From Verrucomicrobiia bacterium (GTDB taxonomy: Bacteria; Verrucomicrobiota; Verrucomicrobiia; Limisphaerales; Palsa-1400), in the NCBI GenBank assembly GCA_036272955.1, contig DATAXU010000018.1, forward strand, positions 1 to 62,506: DNA of 62,506 nucleotides, in the 5' to 3' direction. The position numbers and the translations under genes are program-made. Below the pieces are notes generated by a model. That model searched no databases and was not told where the DNA came from. It saw only the letters and a program-made list of their open reading frames with translations. Positions 1-7,770 of this stretch are shown here, piece by piece. Each line of letters begins with the position of its first letter. Position 1 is the stretch's first letter.

Positions 1-1808
1 ATCGCCAATCCGATCCCCGTCCCCGGATATGCTTCGCTATGAATCCTTTGAAACATCTGAAATAGCCGAGGTTTCCCATCGGCGTCAATGCCGATCCCGT
101 TGTCCTCAATCCAAAGACGGACCCCGCCGTCCCTGCGTTCAGAATAAATGCGCACCCGGGGAATCGTGTTTGGCGCTACAAATTTCACCGCATTGTCCAA
201 TAAATTTGTGAAGCACTGCGTCAGCGAAGCTTCATTTCCTCTCACTGCCAGCAGCGGCGTTTCTATTTTGACCTCCGCTCGTGGCGGCTGAAATTCCTCC
301 CGCTCGTGAATAATGCTTTGGATTATTTTTTGCACATCGGCGGACTCGGTGGTGATCGGCGCGCGCGCCACGCGCGTGAACTCAAGCAAATCCAGGATCA
401 ACTTGTCCATCCGTTTGGCCGCGCCGATGACCTTTTTGAGCAAGTCGGCCCCTTTGGTCTCAATTTTTTCACCGTAATCCTTCAACACGATTTCTGAAAA
501 GCTTTCAATTGTGCGCAGCGGCGCGCGCATGTCATGGGACAGGCTGTACGAAAAAGCTTCGAGTTCCGCGATGGTTTTTTCGAGCGTGGATGTTCGCTCG
601 CAAACCTGCCGTTCCAATTCTCCGGCATAAGATTGGAGTTTTTCCTTCGCCTCAGCGAGCGCCTGCTCCGCTTGCTTGCGTTCGGTGATGTCGCGGGCAA
701 TTTTGGATGCTCCAATAACGTTCCCCTCGTGATCTTTAATCGGCGAAATGGTCAGCGAAATCGGAATGTGGCGCCCGTCTTTAGCCACCCGAATCGTTTC
801 AAAGTGATAAACGCGCTCGCCCCGCCGTAATCGAGCGAGAATCTCATCCTCCTGTTGCCGAAGTTCCGGGGGGATTAACACTTTGATAGATCGCCCGATT
901 ATCTCGCTGGGTAAATAACCAAAGATGCGCTGCGCTCCTTCGTTCCAAGTCGTGATAATCCCATGCAGATTCTTGCTGATAATTGCATCATCGGAATTTT
1001 CCACAAGCGCCGCGAATCTCAGCGCCGTCAATTCCGCGGCACGGCGCTCGGTAACATCCCGGAAAACCAACACCACCCCCATCAAGTCCCCCGCGCTTCC
1101 ACGTATCGGCGCTCCGCTATCGTCAATGGGCCGTTCGGTTCCGTCCTTTGAGATGAGCACAGTATGATTGGCCAACCCCACGACCTTTCCTTCCTGAAGA
1201 ACTTTATTCACGGGGTTTTCAGCCGTTTTTCGGCTAAATTCGTTGACGATTTTGAACGCCTCGTCCAATGGAACGCCGAGAGCCTGTCGCGTTTTCCACC
1301 CGGTCAGATGCTCCGCCGCCGAATTCATAAACGTCATGCGACCATCCCGGTCCGTCGCGATCACCGCATCGCCGATACTTGCCAGCGTGACACGAAATTG
1401 TTCTTCACTCTGTCGCAACCGTCGATGGACATGCTCTTCACGGCTGATGTCTCTCGCGATTTTCGATGCTCCAATGATCTTTCCTTCTGAATCAACCAGG
1501 GGCGAGACGGTAAGGGAAATTTCCACAAGCGCGCCATTTTTGGCCCGTCGGACAGTTTCGTAATGTCGGATGCGTTCGCCCCGTTTAATTCGCTCCAGAA
1601 TGAGCGGTTCCTCGTCCACCCGTTCAGGGGGCATAAGCATAGTGACCGACTGCCCAATGGCCTCCAGGGGCGAATAACCAAAAATCCTCTCCGCCCCTTG
1701 ATTCCAACTGGTGATGATTCCATTGAGATTCTTGGTAATGATGGCATCGTCGCTGGACTCCACAATGGCTGCCAGCAGCGCGCGGGATTGTTCGTCGAAT
1801 GGACTCAT
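1..1808 (-). CDS. PAS/PAC multi-domain sensor histidine kinase (3 PAS modules + HisKA + HATPase_c); the C-terminus runs off the window edge
   Basis: Absent from the supplied ORF track because it has no in-window stop. My own reverse-strand translation from the ATG (complement of 1806-1808) reads MSPFDEQSRALLAAIVESSDDAIITKNLNGIITSWNQGAERIFGY... PAS modules 1 and 3 are near-duplicates (DDAII(T/S)KNL.GIIT.WN.GA.RIFGY ... IGASKIARDI(S/T)). The H-box is FSYSLSHDMRAPLR. ATPase boxes are NLLDNAVKF, EDNGIGI, and GTGIGLAI at position 1. Confidence 0.85.
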   Translation of the reverse strand, partial: MSPFDEQSRALLAAIVESSDDAIITKNLNGIITSWNQGAERIFGYSPLEAIGQSVTMLMPPERVDEEPLILERIKRGERIRHYETVRRAKNGALVEISLTVSPLVDSEGKIIGASKIARDISREEHVHRRLRQSEEQFRVTLASIGDAVIATDRDGRMTFMNSAAEHLTGWKTRQALGVPLDEAFKIVNEFSRKTAENPVNKVLQEGKVVGLANHTVLISKDGTERPIDDSGAPIRGSAGDLMGVVLVFRDVTERRAAELTALRFAALVENSDDAIISKNLHGIITTWNEGAQRIFGYLPSEIIGRSIKVLIPPELRQQEDEILARLRRGERVYHFETIRVAKDGRHIPISLTISPIKDHEGNVIGASKIARDITERKQAEQALAEAKEKLQSYAGELERQVCERTSTLEKTIAELEAFSYSLSHDMRAPLRTIESFSEIVLKDYGEKIETKGADLLKKVIGAAKRMDKLILDLLEFTRVARAPITTESADVQKIIQSIIHEREEFQPPRAEVKIETPLLAVRGNEASLTQCFTNLLDNAVKFVAPNTIPRVRIYSERRDGGVRLWIEDNGIGIDADGKPRLFQMFQRIHSEAYPGTGIGLA

Positions 1809-1940
1809 ATTATCCCAACCTACGTCAGACGCCCGACACTCGGTATGAGGTGTCCTCCTACGCCCCGAATCAGCAAAATGGAGCGGATTGGTGAGCCAGC
1901 AAAGCCCGCCGCGGTCGTCAAAGCCACTTTCCCGCTTGAC

Positions 1941-1961
1941 ATACATAGCGCCAATATGCAT
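1941..1961. promoter_or_regulatory. Imperfect inverted repeat ATACATA-N7-TATGCAT next to a TTGACA box; possible PadR operator
   Basis: Sequence gcTTGACATACATAgcgccaaTATGCATag sits immediately upstream of, and overlapping, the first candidate padR ATG. The half-sites match 6/7 as a palindrome. PadR operators are typically AT-rich inverted repeats containing ATGT/ACAT. Confidence 0.25.
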
Positions 1962-2303
1962 AGTCCCGCCACGATGACGAAGGAACTTGTGGCTGCCTCC
2001 ACCGAACCGCTAATCCTGTCCCTCCTTTCCAGGGGCGAAAGCTACGGATACGAATTGATCCAGGAAATCAAGCGTCTCTCCGGGGACAAACTCAAATGGA
2101 CCGACGGAATGCTTTACCCCGTCTTGCACCGCATGGAGGACAACGGCTGGATCAAATCCCGTTGGGTGGAAGTTGAGAGCGGGCGCAAGCGCAAATACTA
2201 CTCACTCAAAAAGGATGGCCGCCAGGCCCTTCAGGAAAAGCGCGAACAATGGACCGTGATTTACTCCGTTCTCCGCGGTCTGTGGAAAGGCCAACATGTT
2301 TAA
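1956..2303 (+). CDS. PadR family transcriptional regulator
   Basis: This is the C-terminal part of ORF 1563..2303. It carries the winged-helix PadR signature LSRGESYGYELIQEI...WTDGMLYPVLHRMEDNGWI...RKYYSLKKDG. The upstream 130 codons overlap the divergent kinase start and are not protein-like. The start is ATG 1956 or ATG 1974. Confidence 0.85.
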   Translation: MHSPATMTKELVAASTEPLILSLLSRGESYGYELIQEIKRLSGDKLKWTDGMLYPVLHRMEDNGWIKSRWVEVESGRKRKYYSLKKDGRQALQEKREQWTVIYSVLRGLWKGQHV

Positions 2304-3138
2304 TCTCGAACGCGCTTTCTCCGATTGGCGTCGGGCGATGTTGGCCGCCGGTGTCAAAGCGCCCGTGCCATTGGAAGAATTGGAAAGTCACTTACGCGAG
2401 GACTTTCTAAAACTCGTGTCAGCCGGAAAGCCAGAGGCCGAGGCCTTTCAACTTGCCGTTTCGCGCCTGGGAAACCCCGCTTCCGTACGAATGGAATTCG
2501 ACAAGATTAAGCGCACGCCAATCACGCCCGTGAAAATCGGCTCAACGCTCTGGATCGCCGCGACCATTCTGACGGCGGCGTTACTATCAAGACGCCTGTT
2601 TAACGGAAGGCTGGACCTGGTTCTATACGCACACATCGTCACCGTCACCGCGGGCTATTGCGCCGTCTATCTGATAGGCAGCTTCGGCATTTGCTATGTC
2701 TGCTACCGATCGTTTCATGCGTTATCGCCGGTTCGTCAACAATCATTGGATCATGCCGTCCAACTATTCAGTTATCTTGCCACAGCCCTGGTAATCGTAG
2801 GGACGGTGCTGGGGATGATCTGGAGCAAACAACATTGGGGCAAATATTGGGGATGGGACCCGCGCGAAATCGGAGCTTTGTCCCTGTCTGTCTGGCTCGT
2901 CGCCCTGACTGCCATGCAACGATTTCGCCAAAAAAGCGATCGCGCCACAATGCTGATGTGCATTGGCGCAAACGTCATCGTCAGTCTGGCCTGGTTCGGC
3001 GCCAACATCATTGTCAACAATTCCGCCAAGCACGGTTACGGATTAGGACACTACTGGCCCCTCGGAGTCTTCCTAGCCCTCCAGTTTTGTTTCCTCATAA
3101 TGGGCTTCGCCCCCTCCGACGAAGTCCCCGCATCGTAA
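2296..3138 (+). CDS. PadR-coupled membrane protein: N-terminal permease-prefix/HAAS-like cytoplasmic domain fused to a CcsA/ResC-type cytochrome c assembly (heme-handling WWD) domain
   Basis: 8-nt overlap with the padR stop. The N-terminus PLEELESHLREDF...AEAFQLAVSRLGNPASV resembles the prefix domain of PadR-associated permeases. Roughly 6 TM segments follow. The Trp-rich motif IWSKQHWGKYWGWDPREIGALS aligns by eye with ResC/CcsA WG.YW.WDPKE, followed by ...AKHGYG (compare GLHSY). Confidence 0.7.
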   Translation: MFNLERAFSDWRRAMLAAGVKAPVPLEELESHLREDFLKLVSAGKPEAEAFQLAVSRLGNPASVRMEFDKIKRTPITPVKIGSTLWIAATILTAALLSRRLFNGRLDLVLYAHIVTVTAGYCAVYLIGSFGICYVCYRSFHALSPVRQQSLDHAVQLFSYLATALVIVGTVLGMIWSKQHWGKYWGWDPREIGALSLSVWLVALTAMQRFRQKSDRATMLMCIGANVIVSLAWFGANIIVNNSAKHGYGLGHYWPLGVFLALQFCFLIMGFAPSDEVPAS

Positions 3139-3284
3139 AATATTTTTCAAAAACCGCGAATAACCAATTGCGGACTGGCGACCAGCGGTGCCAGCCACCA
3201 CGGCCAATCTCGCTTCGCGCGTGAATTCAAATCCTATCCGCGGGCTTGACGCACCAGGAAGACCGCGCTAAGACTCTTCTTACG

Positions 3285-5705
3285 ATGGGCGTTAAATTCA
3301 TTAACCTTCGCCGCAAAGGTGCCGTATCCGCCTTCCTGCATCCATGTGTCCTTAGGCTAATGCCGCTGCTGGCGCTATTGACGCTGCCCGCAGTGGCGAA
3401 AGCCCAGTTTCTTTACGCCACCACTAACGGCGCCATCACCATCACGGGATACACCGGTCCCGGCGGCGTTGTAACAATCCCCAACTCGACCAATGGGCTG
3501 CCCGTCACAACCATCGGTGCTCTTGCCTTCTTCGACCTCTACAAATTGACCAGTGTCGCGGTGCCCGATAGCGTCACCAACATTGAGTCCCAGGCGTTTT
3601 CCAATTGCGGTGGCTTGACCAACGTAATGATCGGCACCAACGTCATCTGCATCGGCGAAGAGGCGTTTGAATACTGCTCCAGCCTTCCGAGCGTTACCAT
3701 CCCCGATAGTGTCACCAGCATCGGAGACGGAGCATTTTCATACTGCGCCCTGACCAATTTCACGATCCCCGATAGCGTCACCAACATTGGGGTTTCCGCG
3801 CTCTACTGCGCCAGCCTGACAACGATAACGGTGGATGCCGAAAATTCGTTTTATAGCAGTTTGAATGGAGTGCTGTTCAATTCGAACCAAACAACGCTCC
3901 TTGAATATCCCGCCGCCAAAGCAGGAAACTTTCTGATTCCCGGCAGCGTCATCAACATCGGGCCAGGCGCGTTTGTCGAATGCTCTGGCCTGACCAACAT
4001 GACGATCCCCGACAATGTCACCAACATCGGTGAAGCAGCCTTCCAATACTGCCACGAACTGGCGAGCGTCACGATCGGCGACGGCGTTACCTCCATCGGG
4101 AACTCGGTCTTTTTCGGTTGTTCCAGCCTCACCAACGTCACGATTCCCACCAACGTCACCAGCATCGGGGTTTCCGCGTTCTCTTACTGCTCGACCCTGG
4201 GCAGCGTCGCTCTTCCCGCCAGCATCACCGACATCGGCGACGCCGCGTTCTCCAACTGCGGTTTGACCAATGTTACGATTCCACTCAGCGTCACCAACTT
4301 CGGAGAGGGCCCGTTTGCCGGGTGCAACGGGCTGAAAGCGATAACTGTGGATCCACAGAACCCCTTTTATACCACTGTGAATGGAGTCTTGTTCGACAAG
4401 AGCCAGACCACGCTGGTTGAATACCCATGCGGCATCACGGGAAATTACACCATCCCTGACAGCGTCACCACCATCGCAGACGGAGCGTTCGGTAACTGCT
4501 CGAGCCTGACCAGTGTCACGATCCCAAACAGCGTCATCACCATCGGAGACGACGCGTTCACTTACTGCTCTCTCCTGCCCCGGGTCACAATCCCCAACAG
4601 CGTTACCAACCTCGGAGCCGATGCGTTCTATTTCTGCTCAGACCTGACCAACCTCACGCTGGGAAACAGCGTCACTAGCATTGGAGACGACGCGTTTGAG
4701 GAATGCACTCTCCTCACCAGCATCACAATCCCAAACAGCGTCACCAGCATTGGCGACTACGCATTTGAGGCTTGCTTTGCCGTGACCAACGTCACGATTG
4801 GCTCCAACGTCACCAGCATCGGCGACTGGGCGTTCGGTCAGTGCAACATGACCCGCGTTACGGTCCCGGACAGCGTCATCACTATCGGAAACGAAGCGTT
4901 CGCTTATTCCAGCCTGACGAACGTCACGCTGGGCGACAACGTGACCAACCTTGGAGAGGGCGCGTTTGAATACTGCGACCTGACCAGTGTCACGATCCCA
5001 AACAGTGTCATCACCATCGGAGACGATGCGTTCTATTACTGCGATACGATGACCAGCGTCGCTATCGGCGATAACGTCACCACTATCGGAGACCAGGCGT
5101 TTGAGTATTGCACTCACCTGGCCAGTGTCGCCATCCCCGTCACCGTCACCAGCATCGGAAACGATGCATTTTACAACTGCGACAGGCTGGCCAGCGCAAC
5201 AATCGGCAATGGCGTCACCAATATCGGAAACGATGCGTTCGCCGTCACCAGCCTGGCCAGTGTCACGATCCCCAATAGCGTCACCACCATCGGAAGCAAT
5301 GCGTTTTATTATTGCCAAAGCCTCGCCAGAATCTATTTTGCGGGTAACGCTCCCATGGCCGCTTCGATTGTCTTCGAATATAACACCACTAACGCGACCG
5401 TATATTATTTGCCAGGAACCACTGGTTGGGGTTCAACTTATGGCGGACTTCCGACAGCGCTGTGGTTCCTTCCAACCCCGGTGATTTTAAACAACAGCCC
5501 AGGCTTTGGTGTGCAAGCCAACCGGTTCGGTTTCACGATCTCCTGGGCGACTAACAGTTCCGTAGTCGTCGAAGCTTGCACGAATCTGGCCAATCCGATT
5601 TGGGTTCCGATCCAAACCAACACGCTCGCCGACGGCTCGTCCTATTTCAGCGATTCCGAATGGACAAATTACCCCCGTCGTTTCTACCGTCTCTCCACCC
5701 CGTAA
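3285..5705 (+). CDS. Secreted BspA/TpLRR-type leucine-rich-repeat protein with a PVC-type C-terminal beta domain
   Basis: Signal peptide LMPLLALLTLPAVAKAQ. More than 25 tandem repeats of about 23 aa of the form IP(N/D)SVT.IG..AF..C..LT.VT. The C-terminal tail is TNLANPIW...RRFYRLSTP. The start is uncertain: the ORF track begins at TTG 3246, the first ATG is 3285, and there is another ATG near 3360. Confidence 0.85.
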   Translation: MGVKFINLRRKGAVSAFLHPCVLRLMPLLALLTLPAVAKAQFLYATTNGAITITGYTGPGGVVTIPNSTNGLPVTTIGALAFFDLYKLTSVAVPDSVTNIESQAFSNCGGLTNVMIGTNVICIGEEAFEYCSSLPSVTIPDSVTSIGDGAFSYCALTNFTIPDSVTNIGVSALYCASLTTITVDAENSFYSSLNGVLFNSNQTTLLEYPAAKAGNFLIPGSVINIGPGAFVECSGLTNMTIPDNVTNIGEAAFQYCHELASVTIGDGVTSIGNSVFFGCSSLTNVTIPTNVTSIGVSAFSYCSTLGSVALPASITDIGDAAFSNCGLTNVTIPLSVTNFGEGPFAGCNGLKAITVDPQNPFYTTVNGVLFDKSQTTLVEYPCGITGNYTIPDSVTTIADGAFGNCSSLTSVTIPNSVITIGDDAFTYCSLLPRVTIPNSVTNLGADAFYFCSDLTNLTLGNSVTSIGDDAFEECTLLTSITIPNSVTSIGDYAFEACFAVTNVTIGSNVTSIGDWAFGQCNMTRVTVPDSVITIGNEAFAYSSLTNVTLGDNVTNLGEGAFEYCDLTSVTIPNSVITIGDDAFYYCDTMTSVAIGDNVTTIGDQAFEYCTHLASVAIPVTVTSIGNDAFYNCDRLASATIGNGVTNIGNDAFAVTSLASVTIPNSVTTIGSNAFYYCQSLARIYFAGNAPMAASIVFEYNTTNATVYYLPGTTGWGSTYGGLPTALWFLPTPVILNNSPGFGVQANRFGFTISWATNSSVVVEACTNLANPIWVPIQTNTLADGSSYFSDSEWTNYPRRFYRLSTP
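4507..5033 (+). repeat. Near-identical 53-nt intragenic repeat copies inside the LRR gene (4507-4559 and 4981-5033)
   Basis: tgaccagtgtcacgatcccaaacagCgtcatcaccatcggagacgaCgcgttc versus the same string with T at the two capitalised positions, giving 51/53 identity. Confidence 0.8.
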
Positions 5706-5856
5706 CGTTTCCATTCTGCGACTAAACAACCTGGGAAGACGGCTTGCAAATTCGTGGATAAGGGTCAATTTAAATGAAAGGCCCGCGCCGTTCGTGGGCA
5801 AGAAATCAAATGGGAAATCCCGCTCGTGAAAATGATAATCCGAACCACGGTATCAT

Positions 5857-6801
5857 ATGCCATCTAATCACCCTTCGAACCTTCGCTTGGCAAAAATACC
5901 CCTTAATTCCGGGACTGGCGCCATCCCCGCTCTGGGTTTCGGAACGTTGATCCCGGACCCTGCTGAAACCAGGAGTGCCACCACGAACGCATTAAAGGTT
6001 GGATTTCGCCACTTTGATTGTGCGGAACGATATCGGAATGAGCGCGAGGTAGGTGAGTCATTGCAGGCAGAATTCGCAACCGGAGCTATCGCCCGTGAGG
6101 AAGTATTCATCACCACGAAGCTATGGAATACCAATCATCGCCCAGAACGCGTCGAGCCGGCGTTCGACGCGAGTCGCGAGCGCCTCGGAATCAGTTACAT
6201 AGATCTTTACCTCATCCACACCCCCTTCGCGTTTCAACCAGGAGACAACATGGACCCGCGAGACCAAAGTGGTAATATCATTTACGACCGAGACGTCAAT
6301 CTCCTTGAAACCTGGAGAGCTATGGAAAGTCTCGCCGATCAAGGTAAGTGTAGAGCCATAGGATTATCCGACGTCGTTCTTGAAAGCTTAGTGCCTCTCT
6401 ACGAAGCCGCAAGGATCAAACCCGCCGTGGTCCAGGTTGAATCGCACCCGTATCTGCCTCAAAGCGAGCTATTGGACTTCTGTAAGCAGAAAGGCATTGT
6501 TTTTTTGGCCTTTGCGCCCCTGGGTCATGGACTACGACCTGGCCCGCTTGAAGATCCCACCGTTCTGGCAATTGCCCGACAAACTTCCCAGACCCCAGCC
6601 CAAGTCCTGCTCGCCTGGGCCATCCAACGTGGAACCGCCGTCCTGACCACCGCGAAAACTCTGGATCGAGCACGCGAGAACTACAACATCTCTGAGATAC
6701 CAGAAGCTGCCGTTGAGGAAATCAACCGAATTCAAACCAGAAGCAGGCTCAACTCGGTGATAGAGACCGGCGTCCCAGGTTTCATTGCGAAAGGTGGCTG
6801 A
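5857..6801 (+). CDS. Aldo/keto reductase family oxidoreductase
   Basis: 314-aa ORF with AKR hallmarks: GFGT..., GFRHFDCAERYRNEREVG (catalytic Asp/Tyr region), TTKLWNTNH, DLYLIHTPF, LSDV. Confidence 0.9.
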   Translation: MPSNHPSNLRLAKIPLNSGTGAIPALGFGTLIPDPAETRSATTNALKVGFRHFDCAERYRNEREVGESLQAEFATGAIAREEVFITTKLWNTNHRPERVEPAFDASRERLGISYIDLYLIHTPFAFQPGDNMDPRDQSGNIIYDRDVNLLETWRAMESLADQGKCRAIGLSDVVLESLVPLYEAARIKPAVVQVESHPYLPQSELLDFCKQKGIVFLAFAPLGHGLRPGPLEDPTVLAIARQTSQTPAQVLLAWAIQRGTAVLTTAKTLDRARENYNISEIPEAAVEEINRIQTRSRLNSVIETGVPGFIAKGG

Positions 6802-6863
6802 AATGCAAGCCTCGTAAGGAAAGAGCGGCGCCAGTGGTAGAAGCTAGAACCCGCGCGATGCGA

Positions 6864-7268
6864 CTAAACTAAAACCGGATTAGGGACCAATTGCCCCGCG
6901 GCAGCCGCTAACTCCTGAGCGCGAATTTTCTGCCCCGGTTTATCAGAAGGCCATCCAATAATTCCCGCATGATTTACATTTTCAGGTACAGGCTGCGCTT
7001 CAACTCGGAGCATCGCCGCGTGGACAACTCCGACGGTTACGTCGGCTCGCCCGTATAATGAGGGCGGCGGTTTTCGAAAGCGGACAACGTCTTCGCCGAT
7101 CTTCCACAATTGAGACTCACTCAGGTCCCTGTGCCGCGTGACGGAAAGATCAGGGTAAGGATGGGGAATAAATGCGTCGGGCCGGACGGTCCTGTCGCTC
7201 CGAACCCATCGGCTGAAGGTTATAAAACGAGCCAGCTTCTCGGATTCAGGAAGCACACCTGCGTTCAT
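6864..7268 (-). CDS. Hypothetical 134-aa protein, third gene of the TIGR04255-like cassette
   Basis: Its ATG (complement of 7266-7268) lies 1 nt after the stop of the upstream gene (tgaAatg). No TM segment or signal peptide. There is a conserved-looking C-terminal motif NVNHAGIIGWPSDKPGQKIRAQELA. I recognise no named family. Confidence 0.65.
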   Translation of the reverse strand: MNAGVLPESEKLARFITFSRWVRSDRTVRPDAFIPHPYPDLSVTRHRDLSESQLWKIGEDVVRFRKPPPSLYGRADVTVGVVHAAMLRVEAQPVPENVNHAGIIGWPSDKPGQKIRAQELAAAAGQLVPNPVLV

Positions 7269-7269
7269 T

Positions 7270-7770
7270 TCACTTGGCCAAAACTTCCGAAACCAATTCC
7301 AAAACGACTCCTGGAACTTCGCCGAAAAATGGCTCGGTTCCGTACCGCTTCCGCAATCCTAGTGACGCAGCGTAGTGCAGCTCACCCTGTGGACCAATGC
7401 TTACCGATAGAAGGCGTCGCGAACTGCGAAACCATTCAAATGTCAGGTGGCCGTCAGGCTCCGCACTAATCGAAAACACCGGAATTCCAATTGGCAACGC
7501 CTCAATAAACTTATAAGCCAATAGGTAGGTTTCACTTGAAATCGCCGCCGCCCCTTGCCCATCCCAGTTCGGCTTTTTGCATTCTTCCGCCACCGAAGAA
7601 AGTTCCTCAAGACTGGCCCGGTGCGACGCACCAAAAGACTGGGACGCACACAAATGGCGGCAGCTATCCTGGAAGGCGGAGGCGATTTGGCCCGCTTCCG
7701 CACTCGTTGCGGGACTACGCGAAAACCGCCAGGAACAAAGAAACGCTGACGTTGTCATCTCCAATATCAT
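7270..7770 (-). CDS. Hypothetical 166-aa protein, middle gene of the TIGR04255-like cassette
   Basis: Its ATG overlaps the stop of the upstream gene in an ATGA (7767-7770). The C-terminal half NWDGQGAAAISSETYLLAYKFIEALP...SAEPDGHLTFEWF...LSVSIGPQGELHY looks like a compact alpha/beta domain. The N-terminal ~55 aa are low complexity. I recognise no named family. Confidence 0.6.
   Translation of the reverse strand: MILEMTTSAFLCSWRFSRSPATSAEAGQIASAFQDSCRHLCASQSFGASHRASLEELSSVAEECKKPNWDGQGAAAISSETYLLAYKFIEALPIGIPVFSISAEPDGHLTFEWFRSSRRLLSVSIGPQGELHYAASLGLRKRYGTEPFFGEVPGVVLELVSEVLAK

Noticed and set aside
1563-1955. N-terminal extensions offered by the ORF track. Examples: padR from 1563, htrA from 13405, DUF4340 from 18144, GH57 to 46268, kinase from 47658, regulators from 48925 and to 53264, helicase to 24330, TIGR04255-like to 8630.
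   Set aside because: The extensions overlap neighbouring genes or divergent promoters, are not protein-like, and precede obvious native N-termini (signal peptides, REC 'M..IL..DD' starts, the Q-motif). Internal ATGs were preferred. Exact starts remain uncertain.
5740-5760. AAATTCGT-type octamers upstream of the aldo/keto reductase (about 5745) and of the NTase cassette (about 51359), as possible extra copies of block A of the conserved element.
   Set aside because: Only 8-9 nt match and no adjacent block B is present. One or two such hits are expected by chance in 125 kb of two-strand sequence.
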